Below, one piece after another: positions 41,412-52,454 of a DNA stretch of 64,000 nt. The position numbers were made by a program, and so were the translations under genes. Position 1 is the first letter of the stretch; the number at the start of each line of letters is the position of its first letter. The DNA lies in assembly GCA_963777155.1 (NCBI GenBank), contig CAVZPM010000032.1, positions 14,649 to 78,648 on the forward strand. Direction: 5' to 3'. A model generated the notes under the pieces. It was not told where the DNA came from. It did no database searches and was given only the letters and a program-made list of their open reading frames with translations. This stretch comes from Candidatus Bathyarchaeota archaeon. GTDB lineage: Archaea; Thermoproteota; Bathyarchaeia; Bathyarchaeales; Bathycorpusculaceae.

Positions 41412-41550
41412 CCAATCAACAACAAACAACATGGAAAAAAAGGTTTTACTGATACAACAACCAACGCACCCCAAACCAGAAACATACTTCAAAAACAACC
41501 AGAAAAATGCCCCCACACACATAAAACAAAACCAATAACAACCAAAAAAT
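41412..41550. repeat. A/C-rich dispersed repeat copy
   Basis: Aligns by eye with 60581-60745: caacat.gaaaaaa..tttact..aaaccagaaaca.ac..aaaacaaccagaaaaa..gccccc..acaca. Confidence 0.75.
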
Positions 41551-41768
41551 AAACTTAAAAAAAAGGTCATCAACCCGGGATATAATTGGACAACAAAAGT
41601 AATTTTTAACAGCGAGAAGAAGAAAATGCTGTTTTGCAAGTTTTTCTTCTTTCAAAACAAGGACAAAGGAAACTAAATATTTTGTCGTATTGGATAATAA
41701 ACTGAAAAAACAAAAATAAGTTGGGCAAATAGAGGCCCAATTCTTAGTTTGTTCAGAGTAGATTAGTT

Positions 41769-43286
41769 TTAGAGAGAGGGAATTAGTGCAGATAGTTGGT
41801 GTGCGGCTGGCTGAATTAGTTGTAACACTATGTCGGGGAATAATCCTAAGATGAAGAGCGCAGCGACTAGGATGAAGACGGGGATTAGGATACGTTTGTC
41901 TTCTTTGATGGCGATTTCGTCTTTGGGTTTCTTCGAGTACATAACGTTCATGAGGCGGAAGATATATGCGGTTTGTAGTACGCTTGTTAAGACTCCGATG
42001 ACAGCTAGCCATGCCAAGTTTGCTTGCAGTGCTGCGGTGAAGACAAGGTATTTGCCTATGAATCCGCCGAGCGGTGGTACACCAGCAAAAGACAAGCCTG
42101 CGATTACTAAGGCTAAGCAGACTAGTGGCGCTTTCTTGCCAAACCCAGCGAAGTCGCTAAGCGTTTTTATGCCATAGTTGTTGATGATGCCTATTGCCAT
42201 GAATGCCAGAGCAGTGGTTAAGCCGCCGATTAAGAAGAAGTAGAGGTTACCTTCCAACCCAAGCGACTTTATGCTGGTGATTGCAACCAAGTTGTATCCA
42301 ACATCAGCGACACAGATGTATGCGATGAGGCGTTTTACGTCGTTTTGGATGAGGGCAAATATGTTCCCGACTATCATGGTTAAGCCTGCTAGGATGGCTA
42401 ACATGAGTGTCCAGTCTAACACTTGGTTTGGACCAGTTGGAATTATGATGTAGAGCAAAATTCTAATGACGATGTAGTAGCTGCCTTGGTCAACGAGAGC
42501 TGAGAGAAAAGCTGCAGATGGCGCTGGCGCAGCTGTGTATGCATCTGGCAACCAGAAGTGGAAGGGTACTATTGCTGCTTCAATCGCGTAGCCCGCGGCT
42601 ATGAAGATGAAGGCTATGATGAGTAGGTTTTGGTCTGCTGCAACGGTCCCAGTTAGAGCTTCTCGGACAGCTGTGTAGTTTAGGCTGCCTGTTAGACCGT
42701 AAATAATTGACATTCCAAATAATACGAATGCTGAAGCGATTATGACCATTACGAGGAACTTTAGGGTGGCGTTGAGGCTGAATGCGTTTTTGCGGTACAT
42801 CATAAGAAAGGCTGCGGCTGCTGTTGCGGCTTCCCAGAAGATGAAGAAAGTTAAGAGGTCGCCTGATAGAACTGCTCCCAATAATGCTGCGGTGAGTATG
42901 AGCATTATGGCGAAGTATCGGTCTGATGGGCGCTCGTTTGAATCAATGAAGAACACGCTGTATACTATGACTACTGCGCTTACGGCCACGATGATTATTG
43001 CCATGTAGATCGATATTGCATCAATCAGGAAGGAGCTTGTGACCGCCGTTGAGGTGCTGCCGTCCAACGCCAAGTTTAATGGCAGTGGGTTGACTGTGCT
43101 GTAATAAGATAATGCAAGGTTGGCTACGGTTATGCCTGCGACGAGTAGGACCGCTAAGAACCATGCCAAAGTAAGGGCAGTTTTGTGGCTGTTTTGTTTT
43201 CTAATTATCTTGAAGATGGGGATGGTAAGTAATGCTGCGATTACCAGAGTGAATATGGGTAATATTACGTCCATGATTTGTACCAT
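41769..43286 (-). CDS. Antiporter-like subunit (NuoN position)
   Basis: FIFWE, PFHFWLPDAY, DVKRLIAY and AGVPPLGGFIGK motifs. Confidence 0.85.
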   Translation of the reverse strand: MVQIMDVILPIFTLVIAALLTIPIFKIIRKQNSHKTALTLAWFLAVLLVAGITVANLALSYYSTVNPLPLNLALDGSTSTAVTSSFLIDAISIYMAIIIVAVSAVVIVYSVFFIDSNERPSDRYFAIMLILTAALLGAVLSGDLLTFFIFWEAATAAAAFLMMYRKNAFSLNATLKFLVMVIIASAFVLFGMSIIYGLTGSLNYTAVREALTGTVAADQNLLIIAFIFIAAGYAIEAAIVPFHFWLPDAYTAAPAPSAAFLSALVDQGSYYIVIRILLYIIIPTGPNQVLDWTLMLAILAGLTMIVGNIFALIQNDVKRLIAYICVADVGYNLVAITSIKSLGLEGNLYFFLIGGLTTALAFMAIGIINNYGIKTLSDFAGFGKKAPLVCLALVIAGLSFAGVPPLGGFIGKYLVFTAALQANLAWLAVIGVLTSVLQTAYIFRLMNVMYSKKPKDEIAIKEDKRILIPVFILVAALFILGLFPDIVLQLIQPAAHQLSALIPSL

Positions 43287-43289
43287 CGT

Positions 43290-44876
43290 TTAAGCGCCTC
43301 CAAAGGTCACGGTCTGTATTAGATTCAAAAAGAACGTCGGGTAGATTCCAATGAGGACAACCAAAACAACCAAGATTCCCAAGGATAGTTTCATGTAGAC
43401 TGGTATGTCGAGGATTTTGTGGGCTTCTTCTTTTATGTGTTCAGAGACTTCTTTGTGAGCTTCTTCTGCGCCTGGTTCATCTTTGGATGTTCCAAGGAAC
43501 ACTTTTGAAACAAACCTTAACGAATAAGCCAGCGAGAAAACTGTTGCCACCAGCATAAGCGCTGTTGGCAGGATGTAGAAGTTATCGATTTGTATTATTT
43601 GAAATGCACCGATGAAAATCAGGAATTCACTAATGAAGCATGCGAGCGGTGGTGCTCCAGCGATGCTTAAAGCTGCTATGGTTCCTGAAACTGTCGTGAA
43701 GGGCATCTTGCTTGCTAAGCCGCCCATCTTGCGTATATCTCGCTCTTCGGTTTGATGCATAACTCCTCCTGCGGTAAGGAAGAAGAGACCTTTGCTTGCT
43801 GCATGGGTTATGATATGCAGTATTGTTCCGACTATGGCGATGGCTGAAGCCGAGGCAAGAAACACTGGGTTGCCGCTGGCTAAAGCTACTGGAAATAGTG
43901 AGAGCCCAAACATAATGTATCCCATATGGGCGATACTTGAGTACGCTATCAGCCGTTTTATGTCGGTTGCAACTAATGCGAGGAATGAGCCGAAAAACGC
44001 TGTGATAACTCCCACGATAGACAATGCATAGAGGAAGTTCGTTCCGAAAGCCGCTCCGACCGCTGGAAAAACAATTCCGAAGGATAAACGCAGAATTGCG
44101 TAAGCTCCTGCGCTGATGATAACTCCGCTCAGTAGGGCCGACATTGGTGCGGGTGCTTCTGAGTGAGCGTCAGGTAACCACATATGGACTGGAAAAACCG
44201 CCATTTTGACTGCGAATCCCGCCGTTAGAGCTATGAGAACCCATTTGATGATATCGGGGGCTGCCGTCATAAGTTGTGCTTGCGCAGCAAACATGTCTGT
44301 TGTTCCAGTTAAGTAATAGATTGCTCCGATACCCAAGAGAACAAAGACGGCGCCTGCATGAGTGAATATGAAGAGTTTAAACGCAGATTTGTACGAGTTC
44401 CGGTATCCCCATTCTCCGACTATGAAGTATGCGGGGACAAGCATGAGTTCCCAGCAGAAGTAGAATAGAAGCAAGTTGGAAGTTAGGAAGACTCCGACCA
44501 AGCCCACTGAGAGCATGCATAACAGGGCATAGTATACTGGCAGGTTCTTTTTTCCAGCCATGTAGTTAACTGAGTACACTGCTGCCACAAAGATAAGCAC
44601 CAAACTGATTAGGGCAACTGAAGCGCTCATACCATCTAGAAACAGCGAAAATTGTGTGTTGCTTAACGTGGATATCCAATTATAGGGTTCTTTGTAAACG
44701 TGTTCGGCACTGTTGAGGATTGTAGGCACAGTTGAAAGAACTAAGCCTATGTTGATTAACGCGATTAAGGCAACAAACATTGCTGCTGCCCTGGGTGATT
44801 TCTTCCCTGCAAAGTAAACGAGTGGGATGCTTATGGTGGGTATTGCAAATACTGCTAGAAGAATTGGTAGAGTCAT
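43290..44876 (-). CDS. NuoM-like antiporter subunit
   Basis: FYFCWELMLVP, KMAVFPVHMWLPDAHSEAP and IAYSSIAHMG motifs. Confidence 0.9.
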   Translation of the reverse strand: MTLPILLAVFAIPTISIPLVYFAGKKSPRAAAMFVALIALINIGLVLSTVPTILNSAEHVYKEPYNWISTLSNTQFSLFLDGMSASVALISLVLIFVAAVYSVNYMAGKKNLPVYYALLCMLSVGLVGVFLTSNLLLFYFCWELMLVPAYFIVGEWGYRNSYKSAFKLFIFTHAGAVFVLLGIGAIYYLTGTTDMFAAQAQLMTAAPDIIKWVLIALTAGFAVKMAVFPVHMWLPDAHSEAPAPMSALLSGVIISAGAYAILRLSFGIVFPAVGAAFGTNFLYALSIVGVITAFFGSFLALVATDIKRLIAYSSIAHMGYIMFGLSLFPVALASGNPVFLASASAIAIVGTILHIITHAASKGLFFLTAGGVMHQTEERDIRKMGGLASKMPFTTVSGTIAALSIAGAPPLACFISEFLIFIGAFQIIQIDNFYILPTALMLVATVFSLAYSLRFVSKVFLGTSKDEPGAEEAHKEVSEHIKEEAHKILDIPVYMKLSLGILVVLVVLIGIYPTFFLNLIQTVTFGGA

Positions 44877-44880
44877 TTTT

Positions 44881-46803
44881 TTACACTCCTATACCTAGAG
44901 CTCCAGTTAATATCATTAGCACAGCGATCAGTATGAAACCGACCACTGCAGCCGCAACATAGTTTCTAAACGATGAAGACGGCCCTTTTTTGAGAGTTGT
45001 TGCGTGTCCTGGGTCTGCAGCGTTGCTTACTTTAGAACCTGCTGAGTCTGGATAGCGCCCAAACAGAGCGTTTTCAACTCGTGTGAGACCGTCAGAGAAG
45101 CCAGTTAATCCTCTACCTATAAGATTGTAGGCGTCATCAAAGAAGTAAGCGTGATTGAGCAGTGTAGACAGGGGGTTTTTACCTGCAGCAACCTTACGGA
45201 CACCCTGGAACCCTTTGTAGTAGGTGAAGTAAGCGATTAAACCCGTCGGGATTAGTAGAGATAAGAAAATCGGTGTTTCGATGTTCATGAAAGCGCCAAG
45301 TAATCCTTCTACCAGATTTACATGCATAAAGCTAGCGACCAAGGGTTCAGATAAACCCCAGATGATGCATAAGCCAGCGAGGATAGAAGCGGGGATGAGC
45401 ATTACTTTAGGGGCTTCATGTACATGCTGCTTCTGTAAGTGTTCAGATGCTTTACCCATAAACACCAAGCTGAACATACGCACAACATATGCAAATGTTA
45501 TCGCAGTGGTTGCGTAGAGCAAAATTATCTGTATAAGGTTACCTGCTTCTGTCACGCTTGTTATGATTAAGCCCTTACTGAAGAACGCGGCGAAAGGAGG
45601 CAATCCGCTAGTGGTAATTATCATGATAGCCATCAATGCAAAAGAGATAGGCATCGCTTTTCGTAGACCACCCATCAGGCGCATGTCTCTTGTGCCGATA
45701 GCATGTATGATGCCTCCTGCAAGGAGGAATCCAAGACCTTCGAAGAATGCGTGGCTCACCATGTGGAATAGGCTTGCGAACCAGCCGACGGAAGCTGCGC
45801 CATCAATTGCTGCGCCTAAGCCAGCCATCATGAAGCCGATTTGGCTCACGGTTGAATATGCTAATACTCCTTTGATGTCAGTGGTTGTTAATGCGAGTGT
45901 GGCACCGACTATGGCGGTTAAGACGCCTATCCAGGCGATTACTGGAAACCAGAGGGGTTGCAACGCGGCAATCAATGCAGGTGCAACTGAGAAGATTAGG
46001 ATGAATCTTGCGAGAAGGTAGACACCTGCTTTAACCATTGTGGCAGCGTGGAGCAATGCACTAACGGATGTGGGGGCTTCCATTGCGCTATATAGCCATG
46101 TGAATAGTGGAAGCTGGGCAGATTTTGCGATTGCGCCTCCCAAAACTAGGAATGCAACGATAATCATGTAATCCATGTTGAAGCTACCTGCTTGAATGCC
46201 TGCTATTACACCGCGGAAGCTCAATGTACCAAACATCAAGAACAGTATTCCAATGGCTGCAAGAAGTGCAATGTCCCCGATTCGGGTCATTATGAAAACT
46301 TTGACACCTGCACGGATTGATTCGGGTTTCTTGTACCAGAACGAAATCAAGGCGTAGGAGCATAAGCCTACCATTTCCCAGAATATGAACATCTGCAACA
46401 TGTTGTCGGCAAGGACTAAGCCAATCATGGAACCGATGAATAGCAGGATTAGGTAGTAGTATCGAGATAAGCCATCTTCGCCTTTCATGTAGCCGATGGA
46501 GTAGACTGCAATGATTAATGCGAAGAAGCCAATCAAGCAGGTGAAGAGTACACTAAGGGGGTCAATGTAAACGCCTGCACTGATGCCGGGAAGCCAGCTA
46601 ACCGAGCCAGTGGTTAAGGCTTGTCCAGTTCCATTCCAGACGCTTGGAACCATTGAGAGAGCCAGGACAGCTGTAATCGCTGCAATAGCGACGACAAAGT
46701 AGTTCCGAGCCTTTTCGCTGTATTTTCCGATTAAGGGGACAAATAAACTTGCAAAGAGGGGAATAACCCAAACAAACCATGCAGAGAATTCTTCAAGTAT
46801 CAT
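44881..46803 (-). CDS. NuoL-like antiporter subunit
   Basis: FWEMVGLCSY, RIGD, KSAQLPL, AMEAPTSVSALLHAATMVKAGVYL and LAYSTVSQ motifs. Confidence 0.92.
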   Translation of the reverse strand: MILEEFSAWFVWVIPLFASLFVPLIGKYSEKARNYFVVAIAAITAVLALSMVPSVWNGTGQALTTGSVSWLPGISAGVYIDPLSVLFTCLIGFFALIIAVYSIGYMKGEDGLSRYYYLILLFIGSMIGLVLADNMLQMFIFWEMVGLCSYALISFWYKKPESIRAGVKVFIMTRIGDIALLAAIGILFLMFGTLSFRGVIAGIQAGSFNMDYMIIVAFLVLGGAIAKSAQLPLFTWLYSAMEAPTSVSALLHAATMVKAGVYLLARFILIFSVAPALIAALQPLWFPVIAWIGVLTAIVGATLALTTTDIKGVLAYSTVSQIGFMMAGLGAAIDGAASVGWFASLFHMVSHAFFEGLGFLLAGGIIHAIGTRDMRLMGGLRKAMPISFALMAIMIITTSGLPPFAAFFSKGLIITSVTEAGNLIQIILLYATTAITFAYVVRMFSLVFMGKASEHLQKQHVHEAPKVMLIPASILAGLCIIWGLSEPLVASFMHVNLVEGLLGAFMNIETPIFLSLLIPTGLIAYFTYYKGFQGVRKVAAGKNPLSTLLNHAYFFDDAYNLIGRGLTGFSDGLTRVENALFGRYPDSAGSKVSNAADPGHATTLKKGPSSSFRNYVAAAVVGFILIAVLMILTGALGIGV

Positions 46804-47117
46804 TGAACTTCATCCTCACTTTCGCCTTTGTCTTGCAACATCTGTATTATTTTACCCATGTCGCTTGTCCCGTACTTCTTGGAGACGATGACAAGCAGTG
46901 CTAAGATTACGCCGCTAACTGCGGTGTCTGTTGAGAAAGCTAATATCAGGAATGCCTGCCCTAACCCTTGGCTTGTCGCCAACATCACAAAATTTAATGT
47001 TGCAGCCGTTGCGATTAGCTCTACGGATATGAAGACTTTTAGGAGTTGACGGTTAGTTAGCAAGCCATAGATGCCGATTGCCAACATAACTAAGGATAAT
47101 ATGACAAAGTCCATCAT
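46800..47117 (-). CDS. NuoK-like subunit
   Basis: IGIYGLL..R..LK..ISVEL; three TM helices; gene order. Confidence 0.8.
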   Translation of the reverse strand: MMDFVILSLVMLAIGIYGLLTNRQLLKVFISVELIATAATLNFVMLATSQGLGQAFLILAFSTDTAVSGVILALLVIVSKKYGTSDMGKIIQMLQDKGESEDEVQ

Positions 47118-47576
47118 TGACCACCCTTGCGCTTTTCATGTAAGACAATGGCTATTCCAAGCGCCACCGTAAGAATAACTATAGCCTGCAAAACAACATC
47201 CAAACCCCTCACATTCCACAAGGCATCCCCGACGGATATGTCGGGAGAGGTTGTAGTTGAACCAGAAACAGAAAGGAAAATTGCAGGTAACGACAAAACC
47301 GACGCCTATTCCAACAAGAGCGCCTGTGCGTTTAGCAGAGGTTTTCTTTGCTGGTTTATCGCCCAACATTTCACCGGACAGGAACAGTATTGCTAATGTG
47401 CCAATGCCGACTGCAAACTGGAAGATCGCTGCATATAGGGCGCCATTTAAAACGTAAATGAACGCTACAAAAAAGAATGTTCCTGCCAAAGCAGCAACGG
47501 AATAGACTACTTCGTCTAGGAAAAGGGCCAATATGGCGGATATTATTAAGCCTACAGCGAGGATTTCAAAGATCAT
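47114..47576 (-). CDS. NuoJ-like subunit (frameshifted)
   Basis: Hydrophobic N-terminal part and IGDALW.VRGLDVVLQA-type C-terminal part in two ORFs; gene order. Confidence 0.75.
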
Positions 47577-48025
47577 TGGGGTTTTGTCTCCTTAGCGTTT
47601 GGTTGTGGCTTTTGGATTAATGCGCATTTGTCAGTTGTTGCTAATTCATAGAAAACTGAGCTCTTAATTGCACCTCTGGGGCAGCTTTCCACGCATTGAT
47701 GACAGAAGACGCATTTGTCGAACCTAATTTGCGGTCGTCTTTTCCCTTCTACTTCAACTATTTCAATAGCACCTGCAGGGCAATCTCGAACACAGACTCT
47801 ACAATTGGAGCCAACGATTGATCTTACATCTAAAGTCAATCCACCTGATCCTGTTCCGATGTCGATTATGTTGCAAGAATCAATTGTATAGACTGTTTTG
47901 CCTCGGTCATCGCTAGGAAGTTCAGGTTTTACGAAGGGATATTGTGTTGTTGCAGGCTTTGTGAATATGTGGGAGGCTGCCCTTTTGAATATTGGAGATA
48001 TACGTGATTTTTTCTTTTCTGTCAT
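47573..48025 (-). CDS. NuoI-like Fe-S subunit with an insertion in the first cluster motif
   Basis: T.QYP; C-x23-CRVCVRDCP; CVFCHQCVESCP. Confidence 0.85.
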   Translation of the reverse strand: MTEKKKSRISPIFKRAASHIFTKPATTQYPFVKPELPSDDRGKTVYTIDSCNIIDIGTGSGGLTLDVRSIVGSNCRVCVRDCPAGAIEIVEVEGKRRPQIRFDKCVFCHQCVESCPRGAIKSSVFYELATTDKCALIQKPQPNAKETKPQ

Positions 48026-48029
48026 CGTG

Positions 48030-49032
48030 TTACACCATCAAGGGGTAAACCCAAGTTACCAATGCGACAGTAAGCATCAAGGACAGCAAGGCTGCAGGTA
48101 GGAGGATTCTCCAGTTGCCGGAGAGGACTTGGTCGATGCGGAAACGGGCAACCACAGTTGTGATGTACTCAGATATGAGCACGACTGCCAAGAGTTTTAG
48201 CACAAACCAGATGCTGTACCAGATCCACGATGGACCAAAGATTACGGGTCCGTAGGGTCCGCCAAGGAATAGTTCCACCACTAAAGCTGCTCCAAAAACC
48301 ACCTGAACATCACGTGTAAGGTGGAGGAATGCAAGTTTTGCGCCTGTGTATTCGGTTTCTAATCCGCCGACAAGCTCGCTTTCAGAATGCGGTACGTCGA
48401 AGGGGTCTTTTTCAAGCTCTGCTTGCATAGTTATCATGAATAGGACAAATGCCCATGGCGCTAGGATGATGAATGGAAGGAAGGTGCCTGCTTGGAGTGA
48501 AGCTATGCTTGCGATTTGTAGGCTTCCTGCGATGAATGCTGGTGTTAGGGCGATTAAGAAACAGTGGGATGTCGTAGCCTAAGAATTGGGTTAAGACTCT
48601 GGCTGAGCCAATGGTGCCATAGGGGTTGCATGATGCCCACCCAGCTAGGAATAACAAAAAGTTAGCGATTGTTGCAAACGTCAATATAACAATCAAGTCG
48701 CCGCCAAAACCGTTTGTTGATAAAACACTGGCGCCGTCAATGGGTAGGAAACAGAAAGCAAAAACCATGATGGCAAACGCTACGAGGGGTGCATATCGGA
48801 AAATAATTTTTTTGGCATCTCTTGGTTCGATGTCTTCTTTTGTTAGCAGTTTTATAAAGTCTGCAAGTGGTTGAAGAATTCCTGCTGGACCTGCCACCAT
48901 TGGTCCAACACGATTCTGGATACGTGCCTCGATTTTACGCTCCATCCAATCACAGAACAGGGTCAACAGTAGTATGAATGTGAAGCCTGGAAAGACAAGG
49001 ATTCTGAAGATTAGGAGGAGGTAATCAATCAT
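48030..49032 (-). CDS. NuoH-like membrane subunit (frameshifted)
   Basis: ERKIEARIQNRVGP, LQPLADFIKLLTKE, PFD...ESELVGG..EY and RFRIDQ motifs. Confidence 0.9.
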
Positions 49033-49039
49033 TTCTGGG

Positions 49040-50619
49040 TCACCGATCAGTGCATGAGAAGCAGGGGTCTAAGCTGACAAAGTTTGCTGGGACATCCGCA
49101 ATGCTTTCACCAATGGCTGTTTTAAGGAATGACGGTATGTTAGCAAATGTTGGAGTGCGAACTTTTACGCGGTCAGGCTTGTCTGTACCGTTGCTTCGTA
49201 CATAGTAGAAGAGTTCACCTCTGGGCGCTTCAACACGGTTCACAGCTTCACCTACTGGTACACTTCTGGGAGTGGCTATTCTGAAAGGGTCCTGATGGAA
49301 GGTGGTCAACTGCATACTCGATGATGTTGATGCTTTCTTCAACCTCGTCCATGCGAACGTTCATTCTTCCCCAAGTATCGCCAGTGGTGTAGACTATTTC
49401 TTTGAAAGGAATCTCGCCGTATGCTTCGTATGGCTCGTCTTTGCGCACATCGATGTCAACACCTGAAGCTCTGGCTACTGGACCAACCACTGAAAGCTTT
49501 AGGGCGTCCTCTCTGCTTAGTACACCTACATTTTTCATACGCAGTTTTAGGCTTGGTTCGTTTTCGTAGATCTGTCTGTAGAAGGGCAATTGTCCACGAA
49601 GTGTTTTAAGGACAGATTTAATTTTGGGGATATCAGTGTCTTTTATGTCGCGTCTAACACCGCCAACCGTCATAAGTGACGAGTAAACACGGTTGCCACT
49701 AGTTAGTTCGATCAAATCCATAATTGGTTCGCGGTCTCTCCAGAAATACTGGAACAACTGTTTCATAGCCGATTTCTAGTCCAGCATGACCTAAAGTTAA
49801 AAGGTGACTGTGTAGCCTGTTGAGTTCCAGAGCAATTACACGCAGGTATTTGGCTCTTTCAGGAACCTCAGTTTTCGCAATTTTCTCTACTGCTTCAACG
49901 AAGCCGCAGGCGTGAATGCTATTGCAGATGCCGCAAATACGTTCAACCAAGTAAACATCTTGCAGATATGTACGTGATTCAGTTGCTTTCTCTATGCCCC
50001 GGTGAACGTAGCCGATACGGGGTTCAACTTTTGTTACTGTTTCGCCTTCGACGGTTACTGCGAATTTTTCTGGTTCCAAGAGAGCTGGGTGCTGGGGACC
50101 GATGATAATTTTTACAAGACGCTCATTCTCAGGCAGCTTAATTTCTTCTGATGGCGGAGTGGGGACAAGTTTTACTTCGGCTGCTTTGACATCTTTTCTC
50201 AGTGGATAGACACCATCTGGCCAGTTTTCTGAGAGAACAAAGTGTCCTGAAATAGGGTGTCCCTCGAACTGTACGCCCATCAGGTCTGCAACTTCCAGCT
50301 CGTGAAAAACTGCGCCAGGGTGAAGGTCAATTATTGTTTGGATTTTCGGATTTGCTTTTGGCACTTCTGCTTTGATTGTTACAAAAGATTTGTCGGCATG
50401 CACGTGGTAATATACGCCCAAGTTTTCTCCAAGGTCTAATCCAGTTATTGCGGTTATGCCAGTTTTCTCGTCTGCATCTATCATGGCTTTTAGGACATCA
50501 CGGTGCAGGCCGTTCTGGGCTATTATGGTTCCAGTGCTCAAATATCCGGGTTGGATTTGGACTTTACTGCCAAGCTTGGATTCTACTATTTTTAAAATAT
50601 CTATTTTATTGTTTGACAA
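49040..50619 (-). CDS. Fused NuoC + group 4 [NiFe]-hydrogenase large subunit (two frameshifts)
   Basis: NuoC-like EVADLMGVQFEGHP..YPLRKD is in frame with GPQHP, GYVHRGIEK and L1 ERICGIC; later pieces carry EAPRGE and L2 DPCFSCTDR. Confidence 0.88.
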
Positions 50620-50620
50620 T

Positions 50621-51151
50621 TCATTTTGCCTCCTCAATTATTGGTTTAGCTTCATGCGCAATAGCAGCTTCCAATTTTGCAGGCTCTTGTTTAGGGACTT
50701 CAGGTTGTTTGGGTTGTTTCTTGGGTTTTGGCGGATTTAGCGCATTAAGAAGCTTTACCACTCCATCTAAGATTGCTTCTGGACGCGGTGGGCATCCAGG
50801 AATATAAGCTGTAACTGGAATTACTTTGTCTACGCCGCCAAGAACATTGTAGTTTCCTTCGAAGACACCGCCACTACATGCACAAGCCCCTATTGCAACG
50901 ACAAATTTTGGCTGGGGCATTTGGTCATATACCCGTTTTAGCCGTTCTGCACATTGCTGGGTTACACAACCAGTCACCAAAAGTACGTCTGCATGGCGGG
51001 GCGAGGGTTCAAGTTTTACACCAAAGCGTTCAATGTCATATTTTGGTGTTAACAATGCGACAATTTCAATGTCACATCCATTGCAGGCTCCAGAGTTAAA
51101 GTGCAGAACCCACGGCGATTTTACACGTGCCCATGTTTTTGTGTCTGTCAT
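50621..51151 (-). CDS. NuoB-like hydrogenase small subunit
   Basis: ACNGCDIE, SPRHAD, GACACSGG and PGCPPRP motifs. Confidence 0.92.
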   Translation of the reverse strand: MTDTKTWARVKSPWVLHFNSGACNGCDIEIVALLTPKYDIERFGVKLEPSPRHADVLLVTGCVTQQCAERLKRVYDQMPQPKFVVAIGACACSGGVFEGNYNVLGGVDKVIPVTAYIPGCPPRPEAILDGVVKLLNALNPPKPKKQPKQPEVPKQEPAKLEAAIAHEAKPIIEEAK

Positions 51152-51501
51152 TATTCTTTTCCTCCTTCAACAATAACGATACCTGCGGCGAGAATTATGC
51201 CAAGATAAGTGATTAAAAGAAGAGGGTTTAGGTGGTTTGCACCCACTAATCCGAATGATGCAAAAGCCAGAACCAAAACTGATGAATCAAATATTACAAA
51301 GTAAATCAGATATTTGTAGAGAGATACGTTGATTTTAACGCCTCTGAAAATTACTTTTTCACCGCATGCGTAGGCGGCCTGTTCGTTTTCGCTTATAGCG
51401 GTTTTAGGAGCTGATCGCTTGCCTAAAGCATAGATTATTAAAGTTGAGATGAAAATCAGTGTGAATGCAATAAGCCCTGCAATAATTAGGTCAAAATTCA
51501 T
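51151..51501 (-). CDS. NuoA-like subunit
   Basis: YACGE loop, YFVIFD; three TM helices. Confidence 0.8.
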   Translation of the reverse strand: MNFDLIIAGLIAFTLIFISTLIIYALGKRSAPKTAISENEQAAYACGEKVIFRGVKINVSLYKYLIYFVIFDSSVLVLAFASFGLVGANHLNPLLLITYLGIILAAGIVIVEGGKE

Positions 51502-51844
51502 TTATTCTCGCTCCTTCATTTTGAACCATTAAAGCTGCCCTTTGGGTAGTGCTGAATTTGCACTTGTCATAAGAACAAGCCTCACTTTGAATATATTTAA
51601 ATTTATCTGAATCAGGACCGCACAAAAATGTAAAAATACGTCTAATTGAGAGACACGTGTCTTCGTGCAAGACGGCTTCATTTCCAACATAGCCGCCTAG
51701 TATACCCTCTCCCTTTGCACATATTTCTCCCATACTACCCCGAGCTAGTTCACATAGAAATACTTCACTTGCATTTAAATTTTAAGCACAAAAATATGCA
51801 AAAATTTCATGGTTTTCCAACCATATAAAGAGACAGAAGCACTA

Positions 51845-52342
51845 TTATTCTGTTTCTGCTGTCCCATGCCAACGTCTTTCCAAGTAGAGAATCAGGCTAA
51901 AAAGTCCCCGACTGAAGATTACCAAGATGAGCAACTCAAACTCAGGTACTGTTCGGATGGCCACAGTTCGGATAATTTCTGCGCCAATGAAAAAGTTAAG
52001 GCTCAACGTCAAGTACCCTGATAGATAACGAGTGGAAAACGACGGTTGATAGGGATCCTTAAGCTTATACTGAACAAATCGAATCGTCACCAAGATAGCA
52101 CCAAAGGTTATTACTCCACCTCCAAATAGATAGAGAGCATCTGCTGCGAGGGTTAGCACAACGTAGATTGCATCGTAGATAGCTCCTCCTGAAATGTAGG
52201 AGCCCCCAGATAACATACTTATGAACACTGGGAAAAGAAAACTTAAAAGTGCGCCTAAAATTGCTGAGCCAGCTAAAATGATAAATATCACTAAGGCTAA
52301 AAAATTGAATCCTTGTTTTGTCTTAACTTGGCTTGCCGCCAT
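51845..52342 (-). CDS. DUF1622-like membrane protein
   Basis: LTLSLNFFIGAEIIRT...R..S..L..E pattern. Confidence 0.7.
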   Translation of the reverse strand: MAASQVKTKQGFNFLALVIFIILAGSAILGALLSFLFPVFISMLSGGSYISGGAIYDAIYVVLTLAADALYLFGGGVITFGAILVTIRFVQYKLKDPYQPSFSTRYLSGYLTLSLNFFIGAEIIRTVAIRTVPEFELLILVIFSRGLFSLILYLERRWHGTAETE

Positions 52343-52454
52343 AAAACCTGAAACCCTATTGATTGGTAACTATCTATGTCCCCTTAAAAAGTTTGACTTA
52401 AAAGTAACTCGATGCTTTCAGAAATAACATCAAAAAAAGAAAAAGCTGGAGATT

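Noticed and set aside
41367-42012. ORFs 41367-41639 and 41446-42012
   Set aside because: Products of the low-complexity A/C repeat and overlap with the NuoN-like gene
36591-50807. Numerous plus-strand ORFs opposite hppA and the hydrogenase genes
   Set aside because: Antisense shadows of well-supported minus-strand genes
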